From the NCBI RefSeq assembly GCF_030144855.1, contig NC_082725.1, positions 11,532,001 through 11,596,000 of the forward strand: a DNA stretch of 64,000 nucleotides, read 5' to 3'. Shown here piece by piece: positions 1 through 12,925 of the stretch. The stretch comes from Hypanus sabinus. Lineage: Eukaryota. The notes beneath the pieces are model-generated. The model searched no databases, was not told where the DNA came from, and saw only the letters and a program-made list of their open reading frames with translations. The position numbers were made by a program, and so were the translations under genes. Within the stretch, counting starts at the first letter, position 1. The number at the start of each line of letters is the position of its first letter.

Positions 1-457
1 TGCCGTCGCCCCAAAATTTCAGGCCAACTGTTTGCTCTTGACAAGGCTTGTGAAGCTCTGCTAAAGGACTAACCCATTGTGGATTAGACAGTTTTTAAAT
101 GAGTCTTCTCAATTATCAGATCAAATAAAACCAAGATTTAATGTAGTGCTGCAAACGGAGCCGGTGTAGTATATACAATAACATGAGTTTTACCTCACAT
201 TGTGAGTTAATAGAAGGCAAAAAGAAAAATTTCAAAAGAAATACAAGTTAGTAGGCTAATTGGTCACATGATATAATTGGGTGGTGAGGGTTCATTGGAC
301 AGGAAAGGCCTGTTACCAAGTATCTGTGATCTAAAAAAAAATACCATACTTATCTTTGCATTCCACAAATAACTTGTTTTCAAATACGAGATTCTGAACA
401 ACTAAATTAGACTGCTGTTTGTTGATGACAGTTCAGCGTTGAATGTCATCATTCAAG

Positions 458-957
458 AATATTCAAGAGAGAGTACAGAGAAGATTCACTAGAATGTTAC
501 CTGGGTTCCAGCACCCAAGTTACCAGGAAAGGTTGAACAAGTTAGGTCTTTATTCTTTGGAGCGTAGAAGGTTGAGGGGGGACTTGATAGAGGTATTTAA
601 AATTACCTGGGGGATAGATAGCATTGACGTGGATAGGCTTTTTCCATTAAGAGTAGGGGGAGATTCAAACAAGAGGACATGAGTTGAGAGTTAGGGGGCA
701 AAAGTTTAAGGGTAACACGAGGGGGAATTTCTTTACTCAGAGAGTGGTAGCTGTGTGGAATGAGCTTCCAGTAGAAGTGGTAGAGGTAGGTTTGGTATTG
801 TCACTTAAAGTAAAATTGGATAGGTATATGGACAGGAAAGGAATGGAGGGTTATGGGCTGAGTGCGGGTCAGTGGGACTAGGTGAGAGTAAGCGTTCGGC
901 ACGGACTAGAAGGGCCGAGATGGCCTGTTTCCATGATGTAATTGTTATACGGTTATA
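458..957 (+). mobile_element. CR1 LINE 3' end
   Basis: ERVQRRFTRMLPG...LYSLERRRLRGDLIEVFKI and NFFTQRVVAVWNELP; same subfamily as 37812-38487. Confidence 0.9.
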
Positions 958-1332
958 TTCCCTCAGTTCTAATCAACATGCTTCAAAATCTGGGCCTCCC
1001 TACCTCCCTCTGCAACCGAATCCTTAACCTCCCCATCAGGAGATCAGCCTGCATGGATCCGTAATGACACCTTCTGTTCTGACAACCAACACAAGGAGGC
1101 GTGATTAGCCCACTCTCGACAGTCATGGTTGAGTAGCTAAGCACAGCTAGAACACCATCGATAAATTCACCAATGGCACCACTTGCTGGTAAAGTCACAG
1201 GTGACAATGAGGAGACGTACAGGAGTGAGATAGATCAGTTGGTTGAATGGTGTCACCACAACGACTTTGCACACAGTGTCAGCAAGACCACTGACCTGAT
1301 CGGTGACTTCAGGCTGGGGACATTGGGAGAAC

Positions 1333-2484
1333 ACACTCAAAATGTTGGAGGAACTCAGCAGGTCAGGGAGCCTCTATGGAAAAGAACAAACAGTCAAAGC
1401 TTTGGACCGACACCTTTATAGGACTGGAAGTAAACAGGATGAGAGGTCAGGGTGGGGCGGGAAGGGGAGGAAGAAGTACAAGGTGGTCAGTGATAGGTAA
1501 ACCAGGAAAAGGGGGAGGGGTGAAATAAAGAGCTGGTAAGTTTATTGGTGAAAGAGATAAAGGGCTGGAGGAAAGGGCATCTGATAGGAGAGGGAAGAAG
1601 ACAATGGAAGAAAGGGAAGGGAGAGGAGCACCAGACAGAGGTGATGGGCAAATAAGGAAAGTAAAAGGGAAACAGGAATAGGGATTGGTGAAGGGTGGGG
1701 TGCGTGGCATTTTCGAGAAATTGATGTACGTACCATCAACCATCAGGATGAGGACTACCCAGACGGAATACAAAGCGTCCTCCAACCTGAGTGTAGCCTC
1801 ATCACATCAGTTGAAGAGGCCATGGTATGACATGTCAGAATTGGAATGGGAAGTAGAATTGTAATGGGTGGCCACCGTTAGATCCCGTTTTCTGGCGGAC
1901 AAAGTGTAGGTGCTCAGCAAAGCAGTCTCTCAATCTATGTATGGGATCCCATTGGGGATGGCAGATGTTATGGAGAATGATGAGCTGGACATAGAGGCTC
2001 ATGGGGTGGTAGGTGAGGATAAGAGGAATCCTATCACTGGAATTCTGGCAGGCAGATGGTGTGAGGGCAGACAAGTGTGAAATGGAAGAAATAGTGGAGG
2101 AAGGAAAGCCCCTTTCTTTGAAGAGGACAACCCATTAGTTCTGGAATGAAAGGCCTCATCCTGAGACTGGAGACAAAGGAACTGAGAGAAGGGGGTGGAT
2201 TTTTTGCAAGTGCTCAGGTGGGAAGAGGTATAGTCCAAGGTGAGAATCAGTGGGTTTATTAAAGATATTGGTAGATAGACAGTCTCCAGAAATAGAGAGA
2301 CAGAGAGAGATCAGGAAAGGAGAGGGAGGTGGTAGAAATGGACCAACTAAATTTAAGGGCAGGGTGGAAGGTAGAGTCAAAGTTGAAGAGCTCAGCATGG
2401 TTACAGGAAGCAGCACCAATGCAATCGTCAATGTTGTGTATGAAGCGTTGTGTAGCGGTACTGGTGTAGGTTGGAACATGGAAG
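1333..2484 (-). mobile_element. Penelope-like element fragment (RT end, GIY-YIG region, pseudo-LTR)
   Basis: RFIHNIDDC, TNIFNKPTDSH, SSHLSTCKKSTPFSQFL, RIPLILTYHP and RLRDCFAEHL motifs. Confidence 0.8.
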
Positions 2485-2540
2485 TGCACTCAAGGGGTCA
2501 GCAGTGGAAAGAGTGAACAGCTTCAACTTCATGGGCATCA

Positions 2541-2978
2541 AATTCTCAGAGGATCTGTCTTGGGCCCGACGAATCAATTAAATTCTCAGAGGACCTGTCC
2601 TGGGCCCGACGAATCGATTAAATTCTCAGAGGATCTGTCCTGGGCCCGACGAATCGATTAAATTCTCAGAGGACCTATCCTGGGCCCGACGAATTGATTA
2701 AATTCTCAGAGGACCTATCCTGGGCCCGACGAATCGATTAAATTCTCAGAGGACCTATCCCTGGCCCGACACATCGATTAAATTCTCAGAGGATCTATCC
2801 TGAGCCCGACACATCGATTAAATTCTCAGAGGACCTATCCTGGGCCTGACGAATCGATTAAATTCTCAGAGGACCTGTCCTGGGCCCGACGAATCGATTA
2901 AATACTCAGAGGATCTATCCTGGGCCTGATGAATCCATTAAATTTTCAGAGGATCTATTCTGGGCCTGATGCATCGAT
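2541..2978 (+). repeat. 40-bp minisatellite, about 11 copies
   Basis: Head-to-tail unit AATTCTCAGAGGACCTATCCTGGGCCCGACGAATCGATTA. Confidence 0.97.
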
Positions 2979-3897
2979 GCAATCATGAAGGAGGCAATGC
3001 TTCATTAGGAGTTTGAGGAGATTTGATATGTCACCAAAGACTCTAGCAAATTTCTACAGATGGCCTGTGGAAAGCATTCTGAATGATTGCATCACCACCT
3101 GGTATGCAGTCTCCAATGCACAGGTTCAAAAGAAGCAGCTCTGACAAAAGCACAAGCCTCCCCTAGATCAAGGACATCTTCAAAAGGCAGAGCCTCAAGA
3201 AGGCGGCATCCATCTTTAAGGACCTTCGCCACCCAGAACATGCTCTCTTCTTGTTACTACCTTCAGGGAGGAGGCACATAAGCCTCCACGATGGAGGGGC
3301 TTGTGAGTTCCTGAGATCCCGAGAGCGATGCCGTCTGGAGCTCAGCTCCTGCTAGGGTCGCCCATGGCAACGAGGTCAAGGAGGAGGTTCCAGCCAAAGA
3401 GCGATCCAAATGTGAGCTCATCAGTGGAGCTGGCAGAAGATGACACTTCACAGTGGCGGTGAAGGGTCCCATGCCACTGGATCCAGATTCCAGTATGCCA
3501 AGGACCACATGGTGGATGCCCATGGATCAGCCTCCCCACATTAAACAAAGTCAGGCACAGGCATTCTCTGTTAAAGGAATAGACAAATCCTTCGGAGAAC
3601 ATCATACTCGACTTGACTGATTATATTACTACAGGAGCCTGAAGATACCCTCTCTACATTTTAGGAAAAGCGTTTTCCGCTCTGCCAGTCTGTTAACCTG
3701 TGAACACTAGCTCATTACTCATCTTCTGCACTATATATTTTTTACTCTAACATCATTTTTTTTATGTCTTGCAGAGTACTATTGCCCCAAAACAACAAAT
3801 TTCTCAACATATCTCAGGGAATAATAAACCCGATTCAGATTTGGAAAACACAAAGACTTATCCATCCACTGTCAGCCCTGGTTGGACCCCAAGAGTA

Positions 3898-4437
3898 CAA
3901 GTGGTGATTGATAAATTTGTGGCCTAAGGTAGGTGTCCATTTTAGAAAACCTAGCACATTTATTTTTCAACATAGTCCCCTCCTACACTTACACACTTAG
4001 TCCAGTGGTTGTGGAGCATACGGATCTTGAACCTCATGAGTTATACAGCTCTCATTACATGCACATGCAGTTCAACTTTGAATGATTATGCAGAAAGTTT
4101 GAAGTTAGTAACTCATCGGGGTGATTGATAAGTTTGTGGCTTAAGGTCAAAAGAGATGAATTATTAACTTCAAACTTTCTACATAATCACTCAAAGAGTT
4201 GAACTCCATGTGCATGTAATGAGAGCTGCATAACTCATCTCCTTCTACCTTAGGCCATGAACTTATCAATTACCCCTGCTGTGGACACTTTCTGGAGGTC
4301 CAAGATCTGTATGCTCCACAACTGCTGGACTAAGTGTGTAAATGTAGGAGGGGATTATGTTGAAAAAATAAATGAGCTAAATTTTCTAAAAATAGACTCC
4401 TTCTACCTTAGGCCACGAACGTATCAATCACCCCTCG
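3898..4437. mobile_element. Tc1/mariner-derived foldback MITE
   Basis: TA flanks; inverted arms of about 140 bp; internal TIR copies; mariner C-terminal-like peptide HNCWTKCVNVGGDYVEK. Confidence 0.82.
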
Positions 4438-4489
4438 TACATTGCGATCCAACCCGAGCTGAGAGGGAATGGTTAAATCAGAAATCTTG

Positions 4490-7335
4490 TCATACCTAGT
4501 CAGCTCTGTGGCAGGAATAGAGGTTTTTTTAATGAGCCACTATCAGCCGTTCAAAACATTTCATGATGATTGGTGTCAGTGCTACCGGACATTAGCCATT
4601 TAGTTCTGCAGGTGTAGAGTTGTTTGGTACAGAGATGATGGTGGCTGATTTGAGGCATTTGGGGACTACAGCCTGGATGAGTGATGTGTTGAAGATGTCT
4701 GTAAAGACTTCAGTAAGCTGCTGTGCACTCCGAGTACTCGGCTTGGGATGTTGTCTGGCCAGGCTGCCTTACGTGGGTTCACTCTCTGCAGAGTCCTTCT
4801 CACATCTCACAGCGCCTGCTCACCTGGGAGGGTGCTAGCTTTCACGGCCAGTGTTGTGATGCATGCCTAAAAGTTTACAGCACGGGGGAGGGTGGGAGGC
4901 ATCAGTGGTACAGTCAACACTCTTTTTGCTTGCATAGTTGGTAATGCCCTTGATGCCCAGCCACATATGCTGGGGATCATTATCAAACAGGTATTGTTTC
5001 TTGTGCGTAGGCAGTCTTTGCCCTCTTGATGCCCAAGATGAACTTTCTCCTGGCTGCTCTGTCACCGGACTTGAAGTCAACAACCCAGGTTTTTAGTAAG
5101 CAGAGAGCGCACCTCTGTATTCAGCCAGGGCTTTTGGTTGGGCCATAAGATGACCATTTTTGAGGTACCAACATTGTCCATACACCAATGCAGCCGATGA
5201 CAGATGAGGCATATTCGAAGCCTTTGTCTACTCCATTGATGGTGGCCTTCTTGAACAACTGCTGGTCTTTCAAATCAGTCCTGAAGCACAGAGATTGCCT
5301 CATTAGACCCTATAGTGATGGCCCTCTTTACTGGTTTCAGCAGTGGTTGGTATTGTTCTGCATTTAATATCTCAGTTATATTGAGTAATATTGTACATAT
5401 GAAGGTTTATACAGCATTCTTGTTTGTTTAAATAATTAATCACAGGTTACGGATAAAAATAGATTAATTGCAAACGTTATCGCATGTGACAGGTGCGCAC
5501 CTCGCTTAAAGTGAGCTCGAACTAGACCTGTATTCCTGTACTCCTGTGTCTTCATTTGAATTAATTTATTGTCTTGAAGTTACAAAACATAATATTAGCA
5601 ACAAGATATTTTTAAAACAAACCCGACATGGCTACCGACCTGTTAAAATGCAGCAAGGTGTTCAAAACAAAATAAAACCCAGCAAGGAACAGTTAAGTTA
5701 CAAAAAGCATGCATTCTTCAGAAGGGATGACACAATCAAGTTTTTTTTCAAAAAAGGTTGCAACAGAATAATCCACAGATTCATAGAGAGAGTACTTGGT
5801 GATAATAATCATAAAAGATAAAAGTGAAAGTGGCTGGTTACATCAGAATGACTGACAAGTTTGATTACAATGGGTAATTGGTTCATGTATATTGAGCTAT
5901 TGGAATAGTTTTTTGAAGCAAATGAAATAGCCAATGAGAAGCGAGTGCCAATTTTGCTGAGCGCATTGGGTTTAAAGGCATACAGTTCGCTTTGAAGACT
6001 GATTGCTCCAACTAAGCCATCAGAAAAGAGTTTTCCCAATATTGTCAAAGTAATGCCGGAACATTTAGAACCAAAGCCGTGTCGATTGCACAACACATTA
6101 GGTTTCGTAAGCACAATCAAAAATAAAAGTGGAGTCCATTTCAGCATACATGTTTGAATTGAAGAAATTGAGTATTATCAGTTTGGCAATGGTCTTAATG
6201 ATACATGAGGAAGTTGTTCCATTTGTAGAATCTTAAAAGAAAGCATTCAAAAACAGCTCCTAACTGAAGCATAGCTTACATTTAACCAGCAGTGGAAGTA
6301 GCTGTTTCAAGAACCAAAATCTACTGTGCATGCATTAAGGTTGTTACAAGAACTTGGAGGCAAAAGGCTGCTTATAAAAAGTTGAACAAAGGGAAGGGCA
6401 AATAGAAAGGAGTCAATGAAGGTACAAATACAGAGGATTCATCAGAAGACGTTATGGGTTAGGAAACCAAGAGCAGAGATCAAATCATGAAGGGAGCAAT
6501 AAGAGAATATTCCGGTAAAGTAAATGCACCTTCCCAGTCTCAACATGCACAAACAAGAAGTAAAAGGAGGAAGAAAGATATTCAGAGCTGTCAGAACAAC
6601 TTCCTGCAGTCCGAGAATCAACTCCACCACAGAGGAGGCCCCTCCTCAGAAACTGAGGCTATTTCACACCCACAGGTCTCACCTGCCAAGCAGAGTGATC
6701 CCCTTTTGTCAGGAAATTCATTACGTCACAAGCGTAAGAAGGCCTCTGCAACAAAGAAATCTTTCAGCCTAAATGGCACAGTTTATTTTGCTGTGGATGT
6801 CTGTATATAGTAGCTGTAGTATATAATATATTATGTATATAGTTGTGATGCATTCTCTATTGAGTTGGAGTTTACAGCTAAGGAGTGCCGTGTATTTAAT
6901 AATTCAGTTATGTTAAGTAATCTTGCAAATATATTGTTTGATTATTCATTCATTAATTACAGGTTATATGTAAAAAATACTTCAATTCCATATGTCATCA
7001 TGCTACCAAGTGATACATGTACACCTCACTTAAAGTAAGTCAAAGTTACACCCACATTTTTCGGACACTTGTGGATTCCTTTGAATTAGTTTAATGTTTT
7101 TAAACATAACAGGTGTGCTGGGGTTAACAAAATGCAGGTTCAGTCAGAGAGTCTGAGATGGGGGCATAGGGATGGCTTTGTAACTGCCATGCCTGATTCT
7201 ATAAACAATGTCCAGTCTGTTCGCTTCTCTGGTGGTCATGGTGACGTGTTGGTGGAGTTCGGGCAAAATGTTCTGCGGGTGAAATGAGGACCAGATGAAG
7301 AACAACATCCAGGAAGAAAGAGTAATGGTTTTCAT
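4490..7335 (-). mobile_element. Rex1/Babar-like LINE fragment interrupted by the LTR element
   Basis: Degenerate HVTMTTREANRLD / YKAIP, MWLGIKGITNY and [12 protein letters not shown] motifs on both sides of the insertion. Confidence 0.65.
5354..7111 (+). mobile_element. Old internally deleted Gypsy-type LTR element with gag remnant
   Basis: Diverged direct repeats at about 5354-5594 and 6886-7111; flanks GGTAT/GGTGT; gag-like FFEANEIANEKRVPILLSALGLKAYS...PTKPSEKSF at about 5900-6080. Confidence 0.75.
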
Positions 7336-7884
7336 TCACAAGTACTTCCTCTAAATGTGGTATGGCATTTCTTGCACTCAACTTTGTTCCTTTCATGTGC
7401 TTTTCATCTGGCTGACAATTTTAAAATCCTGCACTAACTTGCCTTTCTCTTTCGGTTCTGCTTCAGCTCTCAACACTGAAGCAGAATCTTAAAATGTTAC
7501 CATTTTTAATAAATTTTTGAATTAGTAGGCATTTATGGATCGCATCCTCATCTCAGCAGACCTGAGTATTCTCAGGTCAGGGAGAACAGAGACACATGAA
7601 GTGTTATACTCCAACAGGCCTCAACTCTGACACAGAGACAGCATGATTTTGCTGGTTCTCCACAGCAACCATTATGTTTTCAAGCAAGAAAACCAACTGA
7701 TACCAAATTAACCTGAGCAGGGTATCCAAACTCCCCAACTTATTTTGCAGGCAGCACTCACGTCAGCAAAAAGGAACTATTCGTTTCAATTTCAGCCGGT
7801 TAAGTCAATAACAATAAATTTGATTCTCGATTTAAACCCAGGAGCAAAAAATCCAAATCAGAACCACCCATCTAGAAGCAGTTG

Positions 7885-8390
7885 TGGAATCATAGATCAC
7901 TACAACAAAGAAATCGGCCCTTCAGCCCATTTAGTCCATGCCAAACCATTAATTACCCTACCTGCACCTGGACCATAGCCCTCCATACCCCTCCCATCCA
8001 ATAACTGTCCAAATTTCTCTTAAATGTGGACATCGACCCTGTATCTGCCATTTGTGCTGGCAGCTCATTCCATACTCAGACCACGCTGAGTGAAGTTCCT
8101 CTCAACTATTCTACCTTTCCCCTTTAACCCATGACTCATCCAACCTCAGTGGAAAAGGCCTGCTTGCATTTACCCAATGCATATCCCACGTAATTTTATA
8201 CACCTCCATCAAATCTCCCCTCAATCTTCTACTTTCCAGGGAATAAAGTCCTAACCTATTCAACCTTTTCTTGCAACTCAGGTCCTCAAGTCCAGCCAAC
8301 ATCTTTGTAAGTTTTCTCTGCACTCTTTCAATCTTATTGACATCTTTCCTATCAATAGGTGATCAAAATTGCAACGATCTTCCAAATTAA
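7885..8390 (-). mobile_element. CR1 LINE 3' end
   Basis: QRKLTKMLAGL...RLGLYSLESRRLRGDLMEVYKI. Confidence 0.8.
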
Positions 8391-9179
8391 GCCAAGCATT
8401 ACATATTTAGCACCAGCATATTTACTTTTTAAAAAAAAGACAGGCTAAACAGGTTTGGCTTGTTACGGAACTCTCCAACAATCTTCTACAGATACACTGT
8501 TGAAAATACCCTAGTTAATTCACAGTCTCGAATGGCAATTCAAACTGTGGGATTGCAAGAAGCTGAAGAGATTAGTGGACTCAAAGCAATACATCACAGG
8601 CAAATCCTCCCCACCATTAGTAATATTCACAGGAAGCGCTGCCTCAAGGCGGCAACATTCTTGAATAAAGGTCTCCGCTCAAAACGACAGCTACCTATTC
8701 ATTTCCGTAGATGCTGCCTGACCGGCCGAGTTCCTCCAGCATTTCGTGTGTGTTGCTTTGGACTTGCAGCAAATTTCACAACATCTGCCAGTGAAAATAA
8801 ACATGATTCTGATTTGTGACTTTCTCATGTTTAACATTCTTCAAAGATCCCCACAGTCTGGGTCATGCCACCTTCTCACAGCCTCCATTGGGTAGGAGGT
8901 ACAGGAGCCTTAAGTCCCACACCTGCAGGTTCAAATACAGTGACGTCCCTTCTCTAACCAACTGGCAAAGCCCTAATCATTACAATCTGGCAACCACTTT
9001 GATCTTTTAGCACTCAAATGGACTTCTTCAATTCCAATATTGTTCTTTTTTTATATCGAAATTGTGTGATAATTTAGGTTCAATTCATATTTTGCTTATG
9101 AATGCTGCTTCTCTGACACTTCAGGTCTGTGATACCGCTGCAAGTAAATTGTTCACTCTACCTGTGCATACATCTATTT

Positions 9180-9458
9180 ATTAATTGGAGATACAGCACA
9201 GAACAGGCCTTTAAACTACACCACCAGCAACCCACCAGTTTAACCCTAGCCTAGTCACAAGACAATTTACAATGACCAATTAACCTACCAACCAGTATGT
9301 CTTTGGACTGTGGGAGGAAACCCGAGCGCCCAGAGGAAACCCACACATTTCCACAGGGAGGACAGACAAACTTCCTAGAGGACACTGCGATTGAACTCTG
9401 AAATCTGACGCCCCGACCTGTAACAAAGTTGCTCTAACCCTATGCTACCGTGACACCC
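9180..9458 (-). mobile_element. V-SINE (HE1-like) copy
   Basis: V-domain-like gtgggtttcctctgggcgctcgggtttcctcccacagtccaaagac on the minus strand; sister copies at about 10400-10633, 18058-18310 (+), 22845-23112, 37120-37403, 40830-41070 and 56243-56430 (+). Confidence 0.75.
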
Positions 9459-9778
9459 TGTACATGTGTATACACCAATAAACTTGGCTTTTGACCGTGA
9501 CCTACACTAATCTCATTCACCATCACTTAGTCCATAGTTTTGTACACCTCGGTGACCTAGACACTTTTAAAAATGATGTTAGCATACCTGCTTCTACCAT
9601 TTTCCCAGTTAGTGTGATCCAGATTCCAACAACCCTTTGGTTTTTTTAAGGATGACTAGTAGACCTGCTTTGAATGTTCATAACAGGATGTCTGTTCCAG
9701 AAGCTTTGAGTACAAGCTCCCAACATCCAAAATATACTTTTGTTACATTGCTGAGTGATGGCTGTCTAAATATACAGT

Positions 9779-9874
9779 ACACACAAAATGCTGGAGGAAC
9801 TCAGCAGGCCAGGCAGCGTCTATGGAAAAGAGTACACAGTCAATGTTTCGGACCGAGACCCTTCATCAGGACTA
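9779..9874 (-). mobile_element. Penelope pseudo-LTR fragment with degenerate minimal hammerhead ribozyme
   Basis: Minus strand TAGTC-CTGATGA-AGGGTCTCGGTCC-GAAAC-ATT-GACTG; related fragments near 1340, 8670, 13540, 22710, 23330, 30390, 32195, 33415, 36680 and 38920. Confidence 0.7.
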
Positions 9875-11399
9875 AATATACGAGTAGCTAGAATATTAAA
9901 AAACAAAGGAGATGTGTCCTGAACTGTACATTAACTGGCAAGGACTTGCCTTTAACAATGTGTCAATACCTTGCACAATCTCGTCCTGAAGTCTTCAAAA
10001 ACCAACAACCAGTGTGAACATTCAGCTACTGTCCCCCTCCCCCTACCCTCCATGGTTTCTGTGGAAAAGGATCAGAATCTTCTGGACTCAGTGACTGGTT
10101 TCACAAGTCATAAAGTATCATTAGAAGATAAATCGGTGCCTCTTTTCCACTCATCAGATATTTATCTGGAACACTGCTTACACAGGGCCCTTTAGTGTTG
10201 GACGGATGGGACAGATCAATCTCTTTGAACCTTCCCCATCCCCACGCCCAGCATCAGGCAGGGGGTGCCACAGATTTCATTTATATGGACTAAGTTGGGC
10301 ACCTTGGTTCCAAGGAATGTTGTTTCATTTGGCAGGATATGTGTACACGGTTGAATGACAGTGAACTTGAACCTGAATTATGAACCGGTTTTATTTCATG
10401 CTGGGTACAGCACAGAAAGGGCCCTCCAGCCACAGTGCCCGGCAATCCCCCAGTTAAACCCCAGCCTAATCATAGCACAATGACCAATTAAGCGACCAAC
10501 CAGCACGCCTTTCGACAGCGGGAGGAAACCGGAGCACCGGGAGGAAACCCACAGGGAGAACATACAAACTCCTTACAGTGGCAATTGAACTTGGGTCACT
10601 GGCACTGCAAAGTATTGGGCTAACCACTACGTGATACAACTCCGGAATAATCCTTAACAGCGACCAAGAAGATTCACAAGGGTGAGACAGTAAACATGGG
10701 CAAGACCTTCGACAAAGTCTCATTTGGTAAGCTGATCCGGAATGTTCCGTCAGATAGGGATCTCTAGGTTTGACTCTAGTCAACTGAATACAAAAATGGC
10801 TGGGTGGAGGAGTCAGAAGATAACAGCAGTTTTTCAGATTGGAGACTTGCGACCAGTGATGTGCCGCAGGGATCAGTGTTGGGTCCCCTTGTAATCAATA
10901 TTAGCAAACTGGATGAGAATGCAGGTGGCATGATTAGTAAGTTTGTGGTGGCACAGAAGGCAGTGAAGTTATCCCATTTAATCCAAAGCCTGTTTTGAAC
11001 TTAGATACCATTTTTCTGGAGTTGCTGCCTGAGCCCTTGCCAGCATTTCCTGTTTTCATTTCGGAGAGCAGTTTTTAATTAAATTTTTTCAAATTTCTGC
11101 AACAGTTTTACGCAGTATTAAAGCCTTCCAGAAGCAAACTTCTCTTGAACCTTGGTATCTAGGACTATCTAGGATCTATTTATGAGATTGCTTTTCTTTT
11201 CTACACGAGGCAAGGTGAAAAACAGGAAACCAATTGCCAGATAACAAATAGTGATTTAAAAGAAAACCATAGCCACAAGTGTGGCACCTTGCAGGTCGGA
11301 ACAGAAACGAAAAGGCCAAACAAGCACACACGGAGCAAAATGAAACGAGCAGATTGTTCCGGGAAGGGACTAGAATCATGCCAGAGCTGATAATGGACT

Positions 11400-11830
11400 G
11401 GGCGTCCTATCCGCTACAGGCATGTTGCAATTTCCAGCAAAAGGACGGTCGGCTGTTACAATGTGTGCCTACCGCCCGTTCACAAGTTTTCTCGGCGTGT
11501 GACAGCCACCCACTCCACGGACTGACCCACCCGCCTCGGCTTACCTCGCCGGCGCTCGCACCACCTGCGCCCGCCTCCTGCGCTGCCCTGTGCCGGGGAC
11601 GAGAGTGCCCCGTCACGTGGTGTCGAATAAATACTGAGAACGGCTCTCGCTGCTTCCGCCCTTCGCTTGCGGCTTGGGGAAAAACTCCCGTCCAAGAGTT
11701 TCTCTGTTGGATTGTGCAAAACAAGCCGTGCAACGAGGAAGTCTGCTTTTATTTGGCTGGCTTTTGATGTAACGTCTTATTTTACGCGAATCTGAACAAT
11801 TGACGTATGTGATTTTATTCGACTGCCGAA
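11400..11830 (-). promoter_or_regulatory. CpG island with non-coding first exon of a minus-strand gene (probably SNX10 by synteny)
   Basis: CpG-rich non-repeat sequence; minus-strand donor GAG|GTAAGC at about 11545; GTCACGTGG E-box at 11612-11620; no coding exon found in the window. Confidence 0.6.
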
Positions 11831-11849
11831 TAAAATGTAAGACCCTAAA

Positions 11850-12925
11850 TCAGAGGAATAGAATTAGGCTATTCGGCCCATCGAGCCCTCTCCACCATTC
11901 CATCGTGGCTGATTTATTATCCCTCTCAGTGCCATTCTCTTGCCTTCTCCCCATAATCTTTGGCACCCTTATTAACCACAAACCTATCAACCTCCTGATG
12001 ACTTGGCCACCACAGCCACCCGTGGCAAAGAATTACACAGATTCACCATCCTCTGGCTAAAGTAATTTTCTTCCTCGTCTCTGTTCTAACGGGACATCCT
12101 TAAACCCTGAGGCTGCGCCCTCTGATCCGACTCTTCCCCACAATCCGAAGCGTCCTCTCTCCACATGCACTCGATTGAGGCTTTTCAATGTTCCATAGGG
12201 TTCAAGAAGATTTCCCTGCCCCGCATTCTTCTAAACTCTGGAGAGTACAGGCCCAGAGCCATCAAACACCCCTCATTTTAACCCTTTCATTCGCAGAGGT
12301 TCCTTAAGGTTGTCATAACTGGGGAGGTAGTGGGGATAAGCTCCAACTACCTATTAAATGCTCCCAATGGTGTGCCTCTGACAAACAAGTTTAGCTCCTG
12401 TAGCTAAGGAACAAATTCTAATGACAGGAGAAGGGACAAAGGCAGGTTACTGTCTCCTTAAAACCAGTCGCTTTGGGCAGATGGGACTCATCAGCTATGG
12501 TTAGCAGCTCATCTAGAGGGAAAACTCTGATCTCAAATCTCCACTAGCTTGCGCCTACACCTACTCAAGGGGAAGGCTTCGGGAATAAACCCTGAGGAAA
12601 AATCCAGAGCTGGAGTCCCTAAGATTGACTGGCAATGTCTGCGACGCTACTGGTGCCAGACTGCATGGTCTCTGCTTTTCCTTTGGATTCATCAGCTGCA
12701 CGGGCAACAGCTTGCTCTCCCTATCGTACTGCCCTGTCTTGCATATGACAGCCAGGACGCAACATCCATGGTCGACCCTAACCAACGGAGGGCCTAATTC
12801 CTGGAAGCATTCTCAGTGACCTCCTCTGGATCCTCTCCAATGCCAGCCCGTCCTTTCTTAGATAAGGGGCCCACAATACTCCAAGCCTTATAAAGCTTCA
12901 GCATTGCTTTTATATACAAGTCCTC
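11850..12925 (-). mobile_element. CR1 3' fragment interrupted by another repeat at about 12295-12795
   Basis: Typical CR1 3' end reverse complement (ctattcggcccatcgag, gaattacacagattcacc) resumes after the insert. Confidence 0.6.

Larger units (their letters stand above)
960..3840 (+). mobile_element. Rex1/Babar-like LINE 3' part hosting nested insertions
   Basis: LQNLGLPTSLCN and NEETYRSEIDQLVEWCHHN motifs; 3' tail aataaacccgattcagatt; split by a Penelope fragment, the minisatellite and an RTE-derived piece. Confidence 0.7.

Noticed and set aside
180-400. Possible SNX10 coding exon on the minus strand
   Set aside because: Donor-like sites are present but there is no convincing acceptor plus SNX10-like reading frame.
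2541-2978. CRISPR-like appearance of regularly spaced repeats
   Set aside because: The units are contiguous with no unique spacers, the context is eukaryotic and there are no cas genes.
11279-11767. 162-aa ORF
   Set aside because: By-product of CpG island composition with no recognisable homology.
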